DNA of 64,000 nt from Octopus vulgaris (lineage: Eukaryota): NCBI GenBank assembly GCA_951406725.2, contig OX597820.1, forward strand, positions 59,272,001-59,336,000, given 5' to 3'. The notes beneath the pieces were generated by a model, which was not told the origin of the DNA, did no database searches, and worked only from the letters and a program-made list of their open reading frames with translations. Made by a program: the position numbers and the translations under genes. Shown one piece after another: positions 24,560-36,844 of this stretch; position 1 is the first letter of the stretch; each line of letters opens with the position of its first letter.

Positions 24560-25560
24560 CTTCTGATGCTGCATCACTGATAACAGAGATTTTGTATCAG
24601 GTTTATACTTTGTAACCTTCAGAGATATGCATGCACTACTAGTTTCATCTGTCAGGTTACTTCTATTATAAGACTTAATATAGTTCATCACTGAGAACAA
24701 GGATTCACAGGTATATGTTGATGAAAACATGGATATTAGTGCTGTTGCAAAGTTTTTTAAACTGGAAAAATTTTCTGGAATGGCATTCCGAGTCCTTAAT
24801 AATTTGTTTTCTGCACTCTTCTCTGGTACTCCACTCCCTAATCACTTTTTTTCAATATTTTCTAAGTCTAAGGTCAATAAACTTTTGCTTCCAAACTGAG
24901 CTACTTTGAAATTCAATCAACTGCATTTCAATATCAACCATGTCTATCCATGAAAACATTTGTAAGTTTAATTCTTCCAGTTTGATAATGTTTGGAAACT
25001 TCATGAATTTTGCTGTTTCTTCCAGTTCCCCGAATTTAGCAAACCTTGTAAAAAACTGCTCAATAGTTGACTCGATAATGTTTACAAACAGGTTTTGAAG
25101 ACACTGGCGCTCTGTTCTGTCATCTTTTGAGAGAGCACTGATGTACCTCTTTATGTTTGGGAAGTATCTAAATCTCTCATTGTTCACATCCCTCTTAAAA
25201 GCTTCTAGTTTCATTTCAAAAGCCTTTATGTAACCAAACATAACATCAAGTGTCGTACCAGAGCCCTGTAATTTAACATTCAAGTCATTCAAATGGTCAT
25301 AAAAATCTGAAAAAAACCCACCAGTTTACAAACCCACATGATGTCAGACAATTCTTGATAAGAAACATGCTGGCTATTCAAAAAGAGCTTTATCTCATTT
25401 AAGCATTCAACAAACCGTTTCAGAACCAAACCTCAGCTAAGCCGTCGATCATTGTTGTACATTTTCAATCCTTTATACACAGATTCTACCTCATTCTGCA
25501 AGAAAACAGCATAATGATGATGTCACTGCTGTAGCACACATCGAGAGAAATTTTGAATAA
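24560..25560 (-). pseudogene. hAT transposase C-terminal relic (GTF2IRD2/EPM2AIP1-like group)
   Basis: R.LS.G.VLKRFVECLNEIKLF, LNDLNVKLQG...IKAFEMKL, and the dimerisation motif FSSTYTCESLFSVMNYIKSYNRSNLTDE; frameshifts and stops. Confidence 0.85.
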
Positions 25561-25820
25561 GTAGGTGAGGTGGTTGTCTTGTCAACGAATACCAGTTGCG
25601 GAGGCTGAAACCAAAACACTGATTCGGTCTGGGAGGGGATCATTAAATAAAGGTAGGTCTAATTTGCAATTTAAAATGTATCTGAGCAATAAAAAGTTGC
25701 TATATATCATTAAGAGAAAGTCATTAAATGGAGGGAGAGAGGGTTTCGCGTGCTAGAAACAAATTATTGGAGTGCCATGTTTAGCACGCATGCCAGGGTG
25801 TGTCCACCTCAGTTCTATTA

Positions 25821-26215
25821 CTTGTTTCAGTCATTTGACTGTGGCCATTTTGGAGCACCACCTTGAAGAGTTTTGATTCCAGGACGTTTTTTAAGCCTAG
25901 TACTTATTCTAATGGCCTTATATGCTGAACCACTAATTTATGGGGATGTAAATATACCAACACCAGTTGTCAAGTAGCGATGGGGGACAAACACAGACAC
26001 AAATACGCATACATAAATATAAATATATACATACATATATATATATATATATATACAATGGGCTTCTTCCAGTTTCCATCTACCAAATCCACTCAAAAGG
26101 CTTTGATCGGACTGAAGCAATTGTACATGGGCCTAAGATGCCACACAGTAGGATTGAACCTGAAACCATGTGGTTCAGAAGTAAGCTTCTTATCATACAG
26201 CCATGCTTGTGCCTA
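25821..26215 (-). mobile_element. SINE family A whose tail is split by the hAT
   Basis: cttgtttcagtcatttgactgtggcc begins right after the TSD; head ends catacagccatgcttgtgcc. Confidence 0.85.
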
Positions 26216-26730
26216 TGTATATATGTATATATTTAAGCTAATAAATAGATATAATTTAAACCAGTGTTTCTCAACCTTATTCTGGCCGTGGCCCCTTTTA
26301 ATTCAACAAGAAATTGTTATGACATCCATGCTAATTCAAGGTTTTATCTTCTTTATTTTGCATCTTTCATATTTTCTATTGGCTTTTTACAATTTGTTTG
26401 GAACAGCAGAGTTCATAAATTCACATCTGATGTTTCTAGACATTCATAGTCATATTACAAAGAATTAAATTGAACATATTTGATGTTTGTGCTGTTTCTT
26501 ACATACTTACTGAATCTGTGTAGACTTTCCCATCAAAGGTACTTTTGTCTGTTAACATTATGCATCAACAGTCAAATGTTGCAGTCAAATTCTGACTGCT
26601 AAGTTTTTTGTTTTTTTTTATATTTTAACTTCAATAGCCATATGTTATTTTTTTGATGTGTCTTTGATTTGTAATTTAGGCATTGTATTGTGAAATTAGA
26701 ATAGTTTCCATAATTAATTTTCTATTTTCA

Positions 26731-26940
26731 TATTAAATTTTATAAAACCGAAAAACTCTTTATCATTAACACACCAGAAACATGTGGACCTAAAAACAAA
26801 CTGCAGATGACAAATATGATCTATAAATTTGACTATAAAACTGAAAGCTGCAAAAATTCATGACATGAAATGTTACATTGGACAGACCCGTACAACACTC
26901 TCGTGTAAGCTCACCAAACATTTGCAACTAGGAGGAAAAT
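26731..26940 (+). mobile_element. Penelope-like element, GIY-YIG endonuclease relic
   Basis: NMIYKFDYKTESCKN...KCYIGQTRTTLSCKLTKHLQLGG (xIY...YIG.T...L..R...H motif), frameshifted. Confidence 0.75.
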
Positions 26941-27064
26941 ACTCGAGAAAATATTTACATATATCTATATACACACATGCACTCACATACATACCTACAA
27001 ACATAAATACTACCATACAGACAGGGGTTTAATTAATCTGAAAAGCATTATATATATATATATT

Positions 27065-27480
27065 GGCACAGGAGTGGCTGTGTGGTAAGTAGCTTGCTTA
27101 CCAACCACATGGTTCCGGGTTCGGTTCCACTGCATGGCACCTTGGGCAAGTGTCTTCTACAATAGCCTTGGGCTGACCAAACCCTTGTGAGTGGATTTGG
27201 TAGATGGAAACTGAAAGAAGCCCGTTGTATATATATATACATATCTATATGTATGTATGTGTGTGTATATGTTTGTGTGTCTGTGCTTGTCACCCCAACA
27301 TTGCTTGACAACTGATGCTGGTGTGTTTACGTCCCTGTAACTTAGTGGTTCAGTAGAAGAGACCGATAGAATAAGTGCTAGGCTTACAATGAATAAGTCC
27401 GGGGGGCGGTTTGCTCGACTAAAGGCGGTGCTCCAGCATGGCCACAGTCAAATGATTGAAACAAGTAAAAGAGTAAAGAG
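27065..27480 (+). mobile_element. SINE family A, full length
   Basis: ggcacaggagtggctgtgtggtaagtagc...ccttgggcaagtgtcttc (CORE-like)...gaaacaagtaaaagagtaaagag. Confidence 0.9.
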
Positions 27481-27596
27481 AGAGTGTGTATGTGTGTATA
27501 TATATATAAAACCATTTACAGTATATCTGCAGACTATATTATTGACTATATATATATATATATATATATATAATATCTGCAGACTACATTATTGAC

Positions 27597-27625
<29 letters not shown>

Positions 27626-27631
<6 letters not shown>

Positions 27632-27978
27632 ATAATTTAGAGAAAAACCACTATTAAACAATTCAATAAAGACAGATGTTATTCACACCATATTGAAAAC
27701 ATATACTATAAAAAAAACTTATTTTAAATCAATAAAATACAATAAATAGTAAATAGTAATAAAAAGACTACGCACATTTCATGGGTATATTTTCAAATAG
27801 ATAATAATAATAAAATCAATTCGATTCAAAATTAAATTGAACTACTACTATTTACTATTTATTGTACTTTATTGACTTAAAATAAGGTTTTTTTATAGAA
27901 TATGTTTTCTATATGGTGTAAATAACATATTTCTTTATTGAATTGTTTAATAGTGGTTTTTCTCTAAATTATATACAT
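27626..27978. repeat. Long palindrome in (TA)n, PLE pLTR-like
   Basis: Arms 27626-27758 and 27846-27978. The spacer holds a GAAA-tgtgc-GTA half-hammerhead on the minus strand; a unique extension continues to about 28065, then (TA)n. Confidence 0.85.
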
Positions 27979-28087
27979 ATATTATATATTGTGAAATTTG
28001 ATTTAAAATTGTTGAATTTAACTTTTCCCGGTAAGTTTTGGAATTATATTCCCTAGTATTATTATATATATATATATATAGAGATAT

Positions 28088-28622
28088 ATTCTTTTATTCT
28101 TTTACTTGCTTCAGTCATTTGACTGCAGTTATGTTGGAGCACCACCTTTAGTCAAACAAATCGACCCCAGTTCTTATTCTTTGTAAGTCTAGTACTTATT
28201 GTATCAGTATCTTTTGCCAAACTGCTAAGTTACGGCAATGTAAACATACCGACATCGGTCATGAAGCAATGGTAAGGAATGAACACAGACACACAAATAT
28301 ATATATATATATATCAACATCATCATCATTTAACGTCCATTTTCCATGCTGGTATGGGTTGGACGGTTCGACTGGGGTCTGGGAAGCCAGGAGGCTGCAC
28401 CAGACCCCAATCTGATCTGGCAGTGTTTCTACAGCTGGATGTCCTTCATAACGCCAAGCACTCTGAGAGTGTAGTGGCTGTTTTTTATGTGCCACCAGCA
28501 TAGAAGCCAGTCAAAGCAGCACTGGCATTGGCTACGTTCGGATCGTGCTTTTTACATGCTACCAGCATTGGGCTCACAGCTACAATTTCCATTTGATTTG
28601 ATTTTGATATTGCTGTTGATGT

Positions 28623-28663
<41 letters not shown>

Positions 28664-28812
28664 GCTTCTTTCAGTGTCTGTCTACCAAATCCACTCAAAA
28701 GGTTTGGTCAGCCCAAGGCTATAGAAGACACTTGCTCAAGGTACCACATAGTGGAACTGAACCTGGAACCATGTAGTTGAGAAGCAAGCTTCTTACCACA
28801 CAACCACTCCTA
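28088..28812 (-). mobile_element. SINE family A interrupted by a family C SINE (28316-28628)
   Basis: A 3' half at 28088-28300, C element starting (cat)n ttaacgtcc, A head at 28659-28812. Confidence 0.85.
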
Positions 28813-28839
28813 TATATGTATTAATTGAAGTGTACAGTA

Positions 28840-30075
28840 TTAAGTTGTCTGAAAAGTTCAGAGTGTTTTTAAGCTAAATCTTTTAACGCTTTGGTGTTGC
28901 TTGAAGTGGTAGGGCATCTCTTTGTTCCTGACAAAAATTAGATTTATTTTTCTTTCAGGCAACCCTTTACTGACATATGAAATGGATAACCAAAAATTTC
29001 ATATTCATGTTGTAAAGCTTTTCTTTTTTAAAAAAGGAGAAAATGCTACAAAAACTCGCAAAAACATTTGTGAAGTTTATAGTGATGATGCTATAGGTGA
29101 ATCAACTGATCAAAGTTGGTTTGCAAAATTTAAAGCTGGAAAGTTTAGCTTGGAAGATGACAGTCACAGTGGAAGACCTTCAAAATTGGGATAAAGATGG
29201 TTTGAAGACAAAAGAAAACTCAAATATCATGACTAGAGAACTTGCAAAGGAGTTGGAAGTTTCTAAAAGTATAGATCATGAACACATAATGAAGCTAGGA
29301 TACATTTCTCGTTATAATGTAGGGGTCCCTCACAAACTCTCAGAAATGAATTGTTTGGATTAGTATTCTATTTGTGATATGCTATTGAAACAGAATGAAA
29401 GCATAGCTTTTTTTGAAACAACTTGTTACTGGAGATGAAAAATGGATGGTGTATGAAAACATAGTGAAAAAGATCCTGGAGTTTGCATAAGGATCCCCCA
29501 AAACAGCAACCAAAGATGCATATCCATGCCAAAAGGGCTATGCTTTATGTTTGGTGGGATCATAAAGACAATATTTATTATGAGCTTCTTCCACAAAACC
29601 AGACCATTAATTCTGCTGTGTACTGTTGTTAGCTGGCTAATTTGAACAAATAAATCAAGGAATTGAGGCCAGAGATTGCCAACAGGAAAGGGGTATTTTT
29701 CCAATAAGACAATGCCTGACCTAATGTGACTTTGGCTGCCCAAAGTTTCATGAACTTAGCTGGGATCTCTTACCCCATCCACTATATTTTTCTGATATTG
29801 TGCTATCCAACTACCACTTGTTTTTGTCTCTACAGAACTCATTGCAAGGAAAAACATTTAACAAATTAAATGGTGTCAAAATGCATCTAAATAACATTTT
29901 TTCTTCAAAACTAGTCAAATTTTATGCTGATGAAATATTTAAATTTTCTGATAGATGGGAAAAGGTCATTAATAACAAAGGAAATTATTTCATTGAATAA
30001 AATTTATTGAAAGATCAATTATTTATATCCCTTTTTGCAAATTGATATATGCTCAAAACTTTCTGTACAACCTAA
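28840..30075 (+). mobile_element. Mariner (DD34D) transposon, full length but decayed
   Basis: TA|ttaagttgtctgaaaagtt ... aactttctgtacaacctaa|TA termini; 1236 bp. Confidence 0.9.
28982..30000 (+). pseudogene. Mariner transposase pseudogene
   Basis: MDNQKFHI...WFAKFKAGKFSLEDDSHSGRPS, GVPHKL (WVPHEL), TGDEKW, DNA, HPLYFSDIVLSNYHLF (YSPDLAPSDYHLF); several frameshifts and stops. Confidence 0.9.
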
Positions 30076-30745
30076 TATATATCCAGTACAGCCAATCTTA
30101 CCAATTGGACCCAACACTCTGTTGAACCCCCAGTGTAAAACTGATTGGTAAGATCAGCCATAATGGATATATAACACCATACACTTTGATTAACCCCTTG
30201 ACGCTGGTATTACTTGAAGCATGCAAGACACTGCTCCAGTTTTTTTATCTAATGAGGCCACACAAACACAAGTGCCAATGAGCTCGTGTCTATTTACGGT
30301 CATTGTTACAATAACACAGTGTCTTACATTTACGTATACCAGTTTATGAAAACGAACTATGTGAAGCTATTTATCATATGATATGTACAAGTTATTCTGC
30401 TCAAGTTCAAAAAATAGCTTGCGGGTGGTACAACTAAAAACACGGTATTATACGTGTAAAGTATCCGCATATCATCGGTCTACTGCTAGTCTCATGACTT
30501 GAACATAACCTAAAATAGCTAAGATAATGCATGGGACGGCAAGTGCACACACCTCAAGAGATAAAGTACACGATAGCAAAGGTAAACATACGTCAGCTGC
30601 TATAAAGAAGAATGAAGAATTATATATTTTCAAAATTTACTTATTAAGGTATTATTTTCCTCAATTTCTAATCTGACTTGTGTTTCTGCTGGATAAGTGT
30701 ATTACTGTCCTTTGATGTAACAGTTATATGCATTTAGTAGATTTA

Positions 30746-32305
30746 CACTGCAAACTGAGATAACAGTCCTTGATGATTTTTAGATTTTCTAAATAACTAC
30801 CTGAAGGATTATAAGAAAACTTACATGATAGTACAGTACACTATTTTTGGTTTGTATACAAAGTTTAGTATTTGCAGCTTTTTAAGTTTTTGTATTAATC
30901 AACAATTTTCTTTTTCAGGTGAACAGAATTAATAGTCCTAATATTGATTTCAAAAGATGGGGCATGGAAAAGATCTTACAGATTATGAGAGGAACTAGGT
31001 TATAAAAGAAATAGGTTAAGGCAAGTTTGCAGATGAAGTGGCCAAGAAACTAGGTCGTCATGTGAAAACAATTCGCAGATATTTAAAAAATCCCAAGTAT
31101 TGGAATGAGCACAATGGCAAAGGCAAGTCCCGAACAGTCACAGTGTGAGACATTTCCCATTTCAAGCGATTCTTACTTAAAAATCCTGGATGTACTAGTA
31201 AAGCTTTATTTGCAGACGCTAGCATTGAAAATGTCTCCAAAACAACCAGAAATAAAGTAATTGGTAGCTTTGCAAAAGAGAAGAAACCTGCGTGCAAGCC
31301 TCCATTGACTCCCAAACACAAAAAAGCTTGGTTAGAATGGGATAAAATGTATATGAAGACTGATGTCAAGCATATTTTGTTCATTGATGAGTGCCGAGCC
31401 ACACCAGATGCGCCTGATGGTTGGGCTAAGGGATGGGTGTTTTAGGACAACCCTGCTCACATGCATTTGCACCAGCAGCAAGGAGGTGGTGGAGTCATGT
31501 TTTGGACTGGAATCATGGGAGACAGAATGATTGGTCCATTTAAAGTGCCAGAAGGTATGAAGATTAATGCTATCACATAGGGATGTCCTAACTGACTGGC
31601 TGGATGAGCTCCCATTATCTGAGCTTAGCAAGGTTATTTTTATGCATGATAAGGCTCCACCACATACTGCTAAGAGAACTAAAGAAGTCCTCTCTCCTCA
31701 TTGGGATTCAAAAAAGAAACTTTAATGAAGTGGCCAGCCTGTTCTCCAGATTTGAATCCTATCGAGAACCTCTGGAGCTTTGTCAAACATGAGATCTACC
31801 AGAATGGCAAGCAGTACACATCTAAGGAAACATTTTGGAAGGCAATACAAGACTCTGCTAAGGCAGTCCTACCTTCTACTATCAAAACACTGACTGAATC
31901 CATTAATAACCTCATTTGTGAGGTCATCAAACAAAATGGTTTATACACCAAACACTAATCATAGAGTCAAAGCTTCTGTGAATATGTTATTTATGTATTC
32001 TGTTGTTCAATGACACATTTGTGTCATATGAATTATTTAAAATAATTGTTCTTGAAATAGTTGGTATTTCTATCCTTATAAGTGATCAAAACAGTAAATT
32101 CTTATACTAGGACTATTATCGTTTCACACCTGAAAAATAAGTATGCAAAATAATATGAAAACAAAGATAGCTACATATGATAAATTTTGTATACAAACCA
32201 AACATAGTGTACTGTACTATCATGTAAATTTTCTTCAAAATCCTTTGGGTAGTTATTTAGAAGATCTAAAAAAGTCATCATGGACTATTATCTCGGTTCG
32301 TAGTA
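30746..32305 (+). mobile_element. Tc1-like transposon, TRT/DD37E type, long TIRs
   Basis: TA|cactgcaaactgagataacagtcc ... ggactattatctcggttcgtagta|TA; about 190-bp imperfect TIRs with outer and inner taatagtcc-like direct repeats. Confidence 0.85.
30957..31958 (+). pseudogene. Tc1-family transposase pseudogene (DD37E)
   Basis: MGHGKDLTDYE..., LFIDECRATPDAPDGWAKGW (D 31386), QQGGGGVMFWTGI, FMHDKAPPH (D 31648), WPACSPDLNPIENLW (E 31764). D-E spacing is 37 after removing a 2-nt TC slip. Confidence 0.9.
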
Positions 32306-32696
32306 TATACTAAATCAATTGCAATATACAGTCATCCAAAGGTTGACATTCCTATGCAGCTTTATTCAAGGTGTTACCCATATAACTGGGTGAAGCGAAT
32401 TGATTTGATGAAAATAATACTTTAACAAATATATTTTGAAGATGTAAAATTCTCCATTCTTCTTTGTGATGTCTTGATTACAGACTCTATATGCTGCATG
32501 AAATTCAATGAAGAGAATTTGGTATTTACCTGTTGAGTGAAGTATAGTTTAATTGTTTATCTTAAATGATTCTGAACGTTCCTCATCATTCAATGTGGTT
32601 AGCCAGATCTGAATTGTTTCAGAATGCTGATAAGGTTCCTGCCAGGATTTAAAATACCTGCCCCCCCACACACACACACACACGTATCTGTGTGGT

Positions 32697-33305
32697 AAGG
32701 ATGGCAAGCTAGCAGAATTGTTAGCACACTGGGTGAAATGCTTAGTGATATTTCGTCTGCCACTACGTTCTGAGTTTAAATTCCACCGAGGTCGACTTTG
32801 TCTTTCATCCTTTCAGGGTCAATTAAATAAGTATAAGTACCAGTTACGCACTGGGGTCGATATAATTGACTTAATCCCTTTGTCTGTCCTTGTTTGTTTC
32901 CTCTGTGTGTAGCCCCTTGTGGGCAGTAAAGAAATAAGAAGCTTGCTTCCTAACCACATGGTTCTGGGTTCAGTCCGACAGTGTGACATCTTGGGCAAGT
33001 GTCTTCTACTACATCCTTGAGTAGACCAAAGCCTTGTGAGTGGACTTGGTAGATGGAAACTGAAAGAAACTGCCATGTGTGTGTTTGTTTGTTTGTCCCA
33101 TCACCACCACCACTTCACAATCAGTGTTGGTGTGTGTTTATGTCCCTGTAACTTAGTGGTTTGGAAAGAAGAAACCAAGAGAATAAGAATACTAGGCTTA
33201 ACATAAAAGAAGAAAAGGTACTGGGTAAATTCATTTGACTAAAAACTCTTCAAGGAGGTGTCCTAGATAGCCACAGTCTAATGACTGAAACAAGTAAAAT
33301 ATAAA
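32697..33305 (+). mobile_element. SINE family B (32697-32937) inserted in the head of a SINE family A (32938-33305)
   Basis: ctgtgtggtaag precedes the B copy and aagaagcttgcttcctaaccacatgg resumes after it. Confidence 0.85.
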
Positions 33306-34056
33306 AGGGGGTAATGTGTGTGTGTGCACGTGCATGTTGCTTTCAAAGAATGAGTGCACCAGATGAACTACTATTTATAGTATAAATCATTGGAAATTGC
33401 AAAGACACATGTAGACCTAAACTAGTTCTTTGGCAGCACCATTGGCTAACTGAAGATGTCATCAGATATATGAAATCTTTATTAATCTTTGTTTTGTAAT
33501 GAAATATCAGGAGTCAGTGGCTAATTATGTTAGCAATGAATTATATAATACTATTTAAGACAGTAATCTCGCTGCGGTTACAATCCAGTTATTGCATAGT
33601 GTTGTGATGTAGATTTGTGTGTATGTGTGTGATGTTTTAAATCATTTGTAAGTATTTGAGTGTTTGCATATGGTGATGTAAATACACATGTATTTGGCAG
33701 TATAGATCTCATCCTCTCCCTCCCTTTCTCTCTCTCTCTCTCTCTTTCTCAAATACCAATGTATGCTTAATGTGTAAACAGACTAACAGACAAATGCACA
33801 TACATAAATAGGTACATATCGTTAGTCCAATCAAAATATATTTTATTTCAATGCCTCTCAATTTAAATTGAATGGAGCTTGATTAGATAGTGGGGATTTG
33901 TGTATAAGTACATTTATAAGTGGAGAGGGGTATTAACTCACCATGTAGTGGGGAGTTTGTGTGTTAATCTGTTGTAAAGTGAGTGTGTTAGGTATCAATT
34001 CATTATATAGTAGGATATGTTCATTATATAATGGGAACACAATAAAACAGTTATTA

Positions 34057-34276
34057 CAGTAATCCCTTGACTATTGCGGGTGTTCAGGTGTTACATTCCA
34101 AAACCACCCTGCAATAGGTGAAAATCTGCGAAATAGAAACAGTACTGTACTATATATATATATTTTTTTATTATTTTATAATTTGTGTATATTTATTATT
34201 TTATAAATGCAAAACAACACCATGGAGGAATTGATGTAAGCTTAAATAGTAAACCGCGATAGGTGAACCGCGATAT
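34057..34276. mobile_element. Tigger/pogo-type MITE, right end truncated
   Basis: TA|cagtaatcccttgactattgcgg...gttacattcc...gcaataggtgaaaatctgcg, and later aaccgcgataggtgaaccgcgata. Confidence 0.65.
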
Positions 34277-34340
34277 GTATATAATTAGGAACACTATTAA
34301 ACTGTTATATATATAAGTGTGTATGTTTGTGTATGTATGC

Positions 34341-34379
<39 letters not shown>

Positions 34380-34934
34380 ACCAAATATTTTACTCCGCCC
34401 TCAGATATGATGACTGGACTTATACTGTAATATGAAATGAGAGATTAATAAGTAATATGTACATATATAAGGCTCGAAACGTAGAAGATTTTTTCTATTC
34501 CTGAGCGTTATACTAATACATCTGTTTGTTTTGTACACCACCTGTCTTCGTCTTTTGTTTTTTCGTTCCTGACACTGCCTCATTCCGACCATCCCCTTTA
34601 GTACCCTCCCGCCTCGTAATATCCTACGTTTTTATTTCTTAGGAACCTACACCAACCCTTCCTGCCATCGTTCCTCCTTACCCCAACCTTCCCCACTGGT
34701 TGCTCCCCTATATTACCCGCCTCAACTGGACCCCCCCTCCCCAACTCAACTCTAGAATATCTGTATTTCTTTCCTCTACCTAATTACGTTACTCAGTGAC
34801 GATAAATGCTGTGACTACAAAGACCCGGGCTGCTTTCTGCAGCAATTCCACATACCCCCTACCCATTCTAAGTACCCCGGATCCCCAAAGTACCCTGGAT
34901 CCCCAAAGTACCCCGATCCCCAAAGTACCTCGGA

Positions 34935-35198
34935 CCTCGTTGCCCCCGTGCCGCTGACACGTTAAAATGCTCGAACCGATCGTGACGATGCCGGACCCTC
35001 CGGCCCCTGTGCAGGTGGCACGTAAAAAGCACCCAATCCACTCACGGAGTGGTTGGCGTTAGGAAGGGCATCCAGCCGTAGAAACTCTGCCAGATTCAGA
35101 CTGGAGCCTGGTGCGGCCCCTGGCTTCCCAGACCCGGTCAAACCGTCCAACCCGTGCTAGCGCGGAAAGCGGACGTTAAACGATGATGATGATGATGA

Positions 35199-35200
<2 letters not shown>
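34935..35200 (+). mobile_element. SINE family C, young CpG-rich copy
   Basis: Conserved tail ...aacccgtgctagcgcggaaagcggacgttaaac(gat)n; preceded by a 17-18-bp tandem ggatccccaaagtaccc (34870-34932). Confidence 0.85.
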
Positions 35201-35233
<33 letters not shown>

Positions 35234-35255
35234 AGAGAGTTTACGAAAAAACAAA

Positions 35256-35294
<39 letters not shown>

Positions 35295-35298
<4 letters not shown>

Positions 35299-35462
35299 CC
35301 TGCTCGCTTAGGCAGCGGGGTGGCATCATTCGATATATATATATATATATCACGTGACGTGACCGACCAATCTATCAGATGTAGTTACACATCGCTGGTC
35401 ACAATGCGTTCGCATTGTTTTAGCCTTCGAATGATGCCACCCCGCTGGCTAAGCGAGCAGGT

Positions 35463-35465
<3 letters not shown>
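35295..35465. repeat. Short inverted duplication between (TA)n arrays
   Basis: ttggcctgctcgcttaggcagcggggtggcatcattcga (35295-35333) is the reverse complement of 35427-35465 with 2 mismatches. Confidence 0.9.
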
Positions 35466-35520
<55 letters not shown>

Positions 35521-35522
<2 letters not shown>

Positions 35523-35872
35523 TCTTTTACTCTTTTACTTGTTTCAGTCATTTGACTGTGGCCATGCTGGAGCACCGCCTTTAATCGAGCAACTCGACCC
35601 CGGGTCTTATTCTTTTGTAAGCCCAGTACTTATTCTATCGGCCTCTTTGCCGAACCGCTTAGTAACGGGGACATAAACACACCAGCATCGGTTGTCAAGC
35701 GATGTTGGGAGGGGACAAACACAGACACACACATATATATATATATACATATATACGACGGGCTTCTTTCAGTTTCCGTCTACCAAATCCACTCACAAGG
35801 CTTTGGTCGGCCCAAGGCTATAGTAGAAGACACTTGCCCAAGGTGCCATGCAGTGGGACTGAACCCGGAACC
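35521..35872 (-). mobile_element. SINE family A, young copy, head truncated
   Basis: actcttttactcttttacttgtttcagtc...gggactgaacccggaacc. Confidence 0.9.
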
Positions 35873-35897
35873 TTGTATATGTATGTATATATGTATG

Positions 35898-35942
<45 letters not shown>

Positions 35943-35983
35943 CAAAATATATATACTTTATTTAAAGCAGCAGAAAATTCAAC

Positions 35984-36030
35984 AAAACCTGTTACTCTGA
36001 GTTTCCCGTTGCCGTTCATTGGACAGTTTT
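35984..36030 (-). ncRNA. Minimal type I hammerhead ribozyme motif (PLE-type), core-mutated
   Basis: Minus strand aaaactgt-CCAATGA-acggcaacgg-GAAA-ctcaga-GTA-acaggtttt: stems I and III pair, stem II is only 2 bp; the core differs from CUGANGA at positions 4 and 5. Confidence 0.55.
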
Positions 36031-36214
36031 TGCTAGAATATATATATATACAAATTGAGATAGGGGTTGTAAATGCAACCCTCCATGGGATAACATATAT
36101 CCAATATACTGCAAGTGAAGTACCCAACAAAGTTAATACATAAATGTTAAGGATTGCGATGCAATCAATTCATTTACTGTTATCTTGTATATATACTGTT
36201 ATCTTGTATATGTA

Positions 36215-36255
<41 letters not shown>

Positions 36256-36264
36256 GTATATATG

Positions 36265-36785
36265 GGGCAAGTGAACTCGAAATTGAACCAAATTTGATGA
36301 CTGGCACCCGTGCCTGTGGAGCGTTAACAGCTCCATCCGAGTAGGATTACTGCCTGGCTTCTGGTATTAGGAAGGGTATCCAGCTGTGGAAGCTCTGCCA
36401 GATCAGATTGGAACCTGGCACAGCCATCTGGTTTGCCAGTCCTCAGTCAAATCGTCCAACCCATGCTAGCATGGAAAGCGGTCGTTAAATAATGATGACG
36501 ATGATATATATATACACACACTGTGCTTGAGGAGACCTACTGAGTCAAGTACATCAACATCAAAAATTCAAATGGAAATTGTAGTTGTGATACCTGTGCC
36601 AGTGGCACATAAAAAGCACCCACTACACCCATGGAGTGGTTGGCATTAGGAAGGGCATCAAGCTGTAGAAACACTGCCAGATCAGACTGGAGCCTGGTGC
36701 AGCCTCCTGGCTTTCCAGACCTCGGTCGAACCGTCCAACCCATGCTAGCATGGAAAACGGACGTTAAACGATGATGATGATGATG
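36265..36785 (+). mobile_element. Two consecutive SINE family C copies (36265-36505, 36520-36785)
   Basis: Both end in aacccatgctagcatggaaa.cgg.cgttaaa(gat)n. Confidence 0.85.
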
Positions 36786-36844
36786 ATATATATATATTTG
36801 TGTATATATATATATTTGTGTGTATGTATATATATATATATATG

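Larger units (their letters stand above)
23761..25812 (-). mobile_element. hAT (Charlie/SPIN-group) DNA transposon, internally deleted
   Basis: TIRs caggggttggccacc / ggtgtgtccacctcag; perfect 8-bp TSD TTCTATTA at 23753-23760 and 25813-25820; transposase relic inside. Confidence 0.9.

Noticed and set aside
26262-30150. hAT-like left end cagtgtttctcaacc possibly pairing with a right end near 30145
   Set aside because: The right TIR is too degenerate and there is no matching 8-bp TSD.
34465-34570. ctcgaaacgtag half-hammerhead / pLTR-like fragment with a short inverted partner at 35231-35258
   Set aside because: No upstream catalytic core; too short to call a ribozyme.
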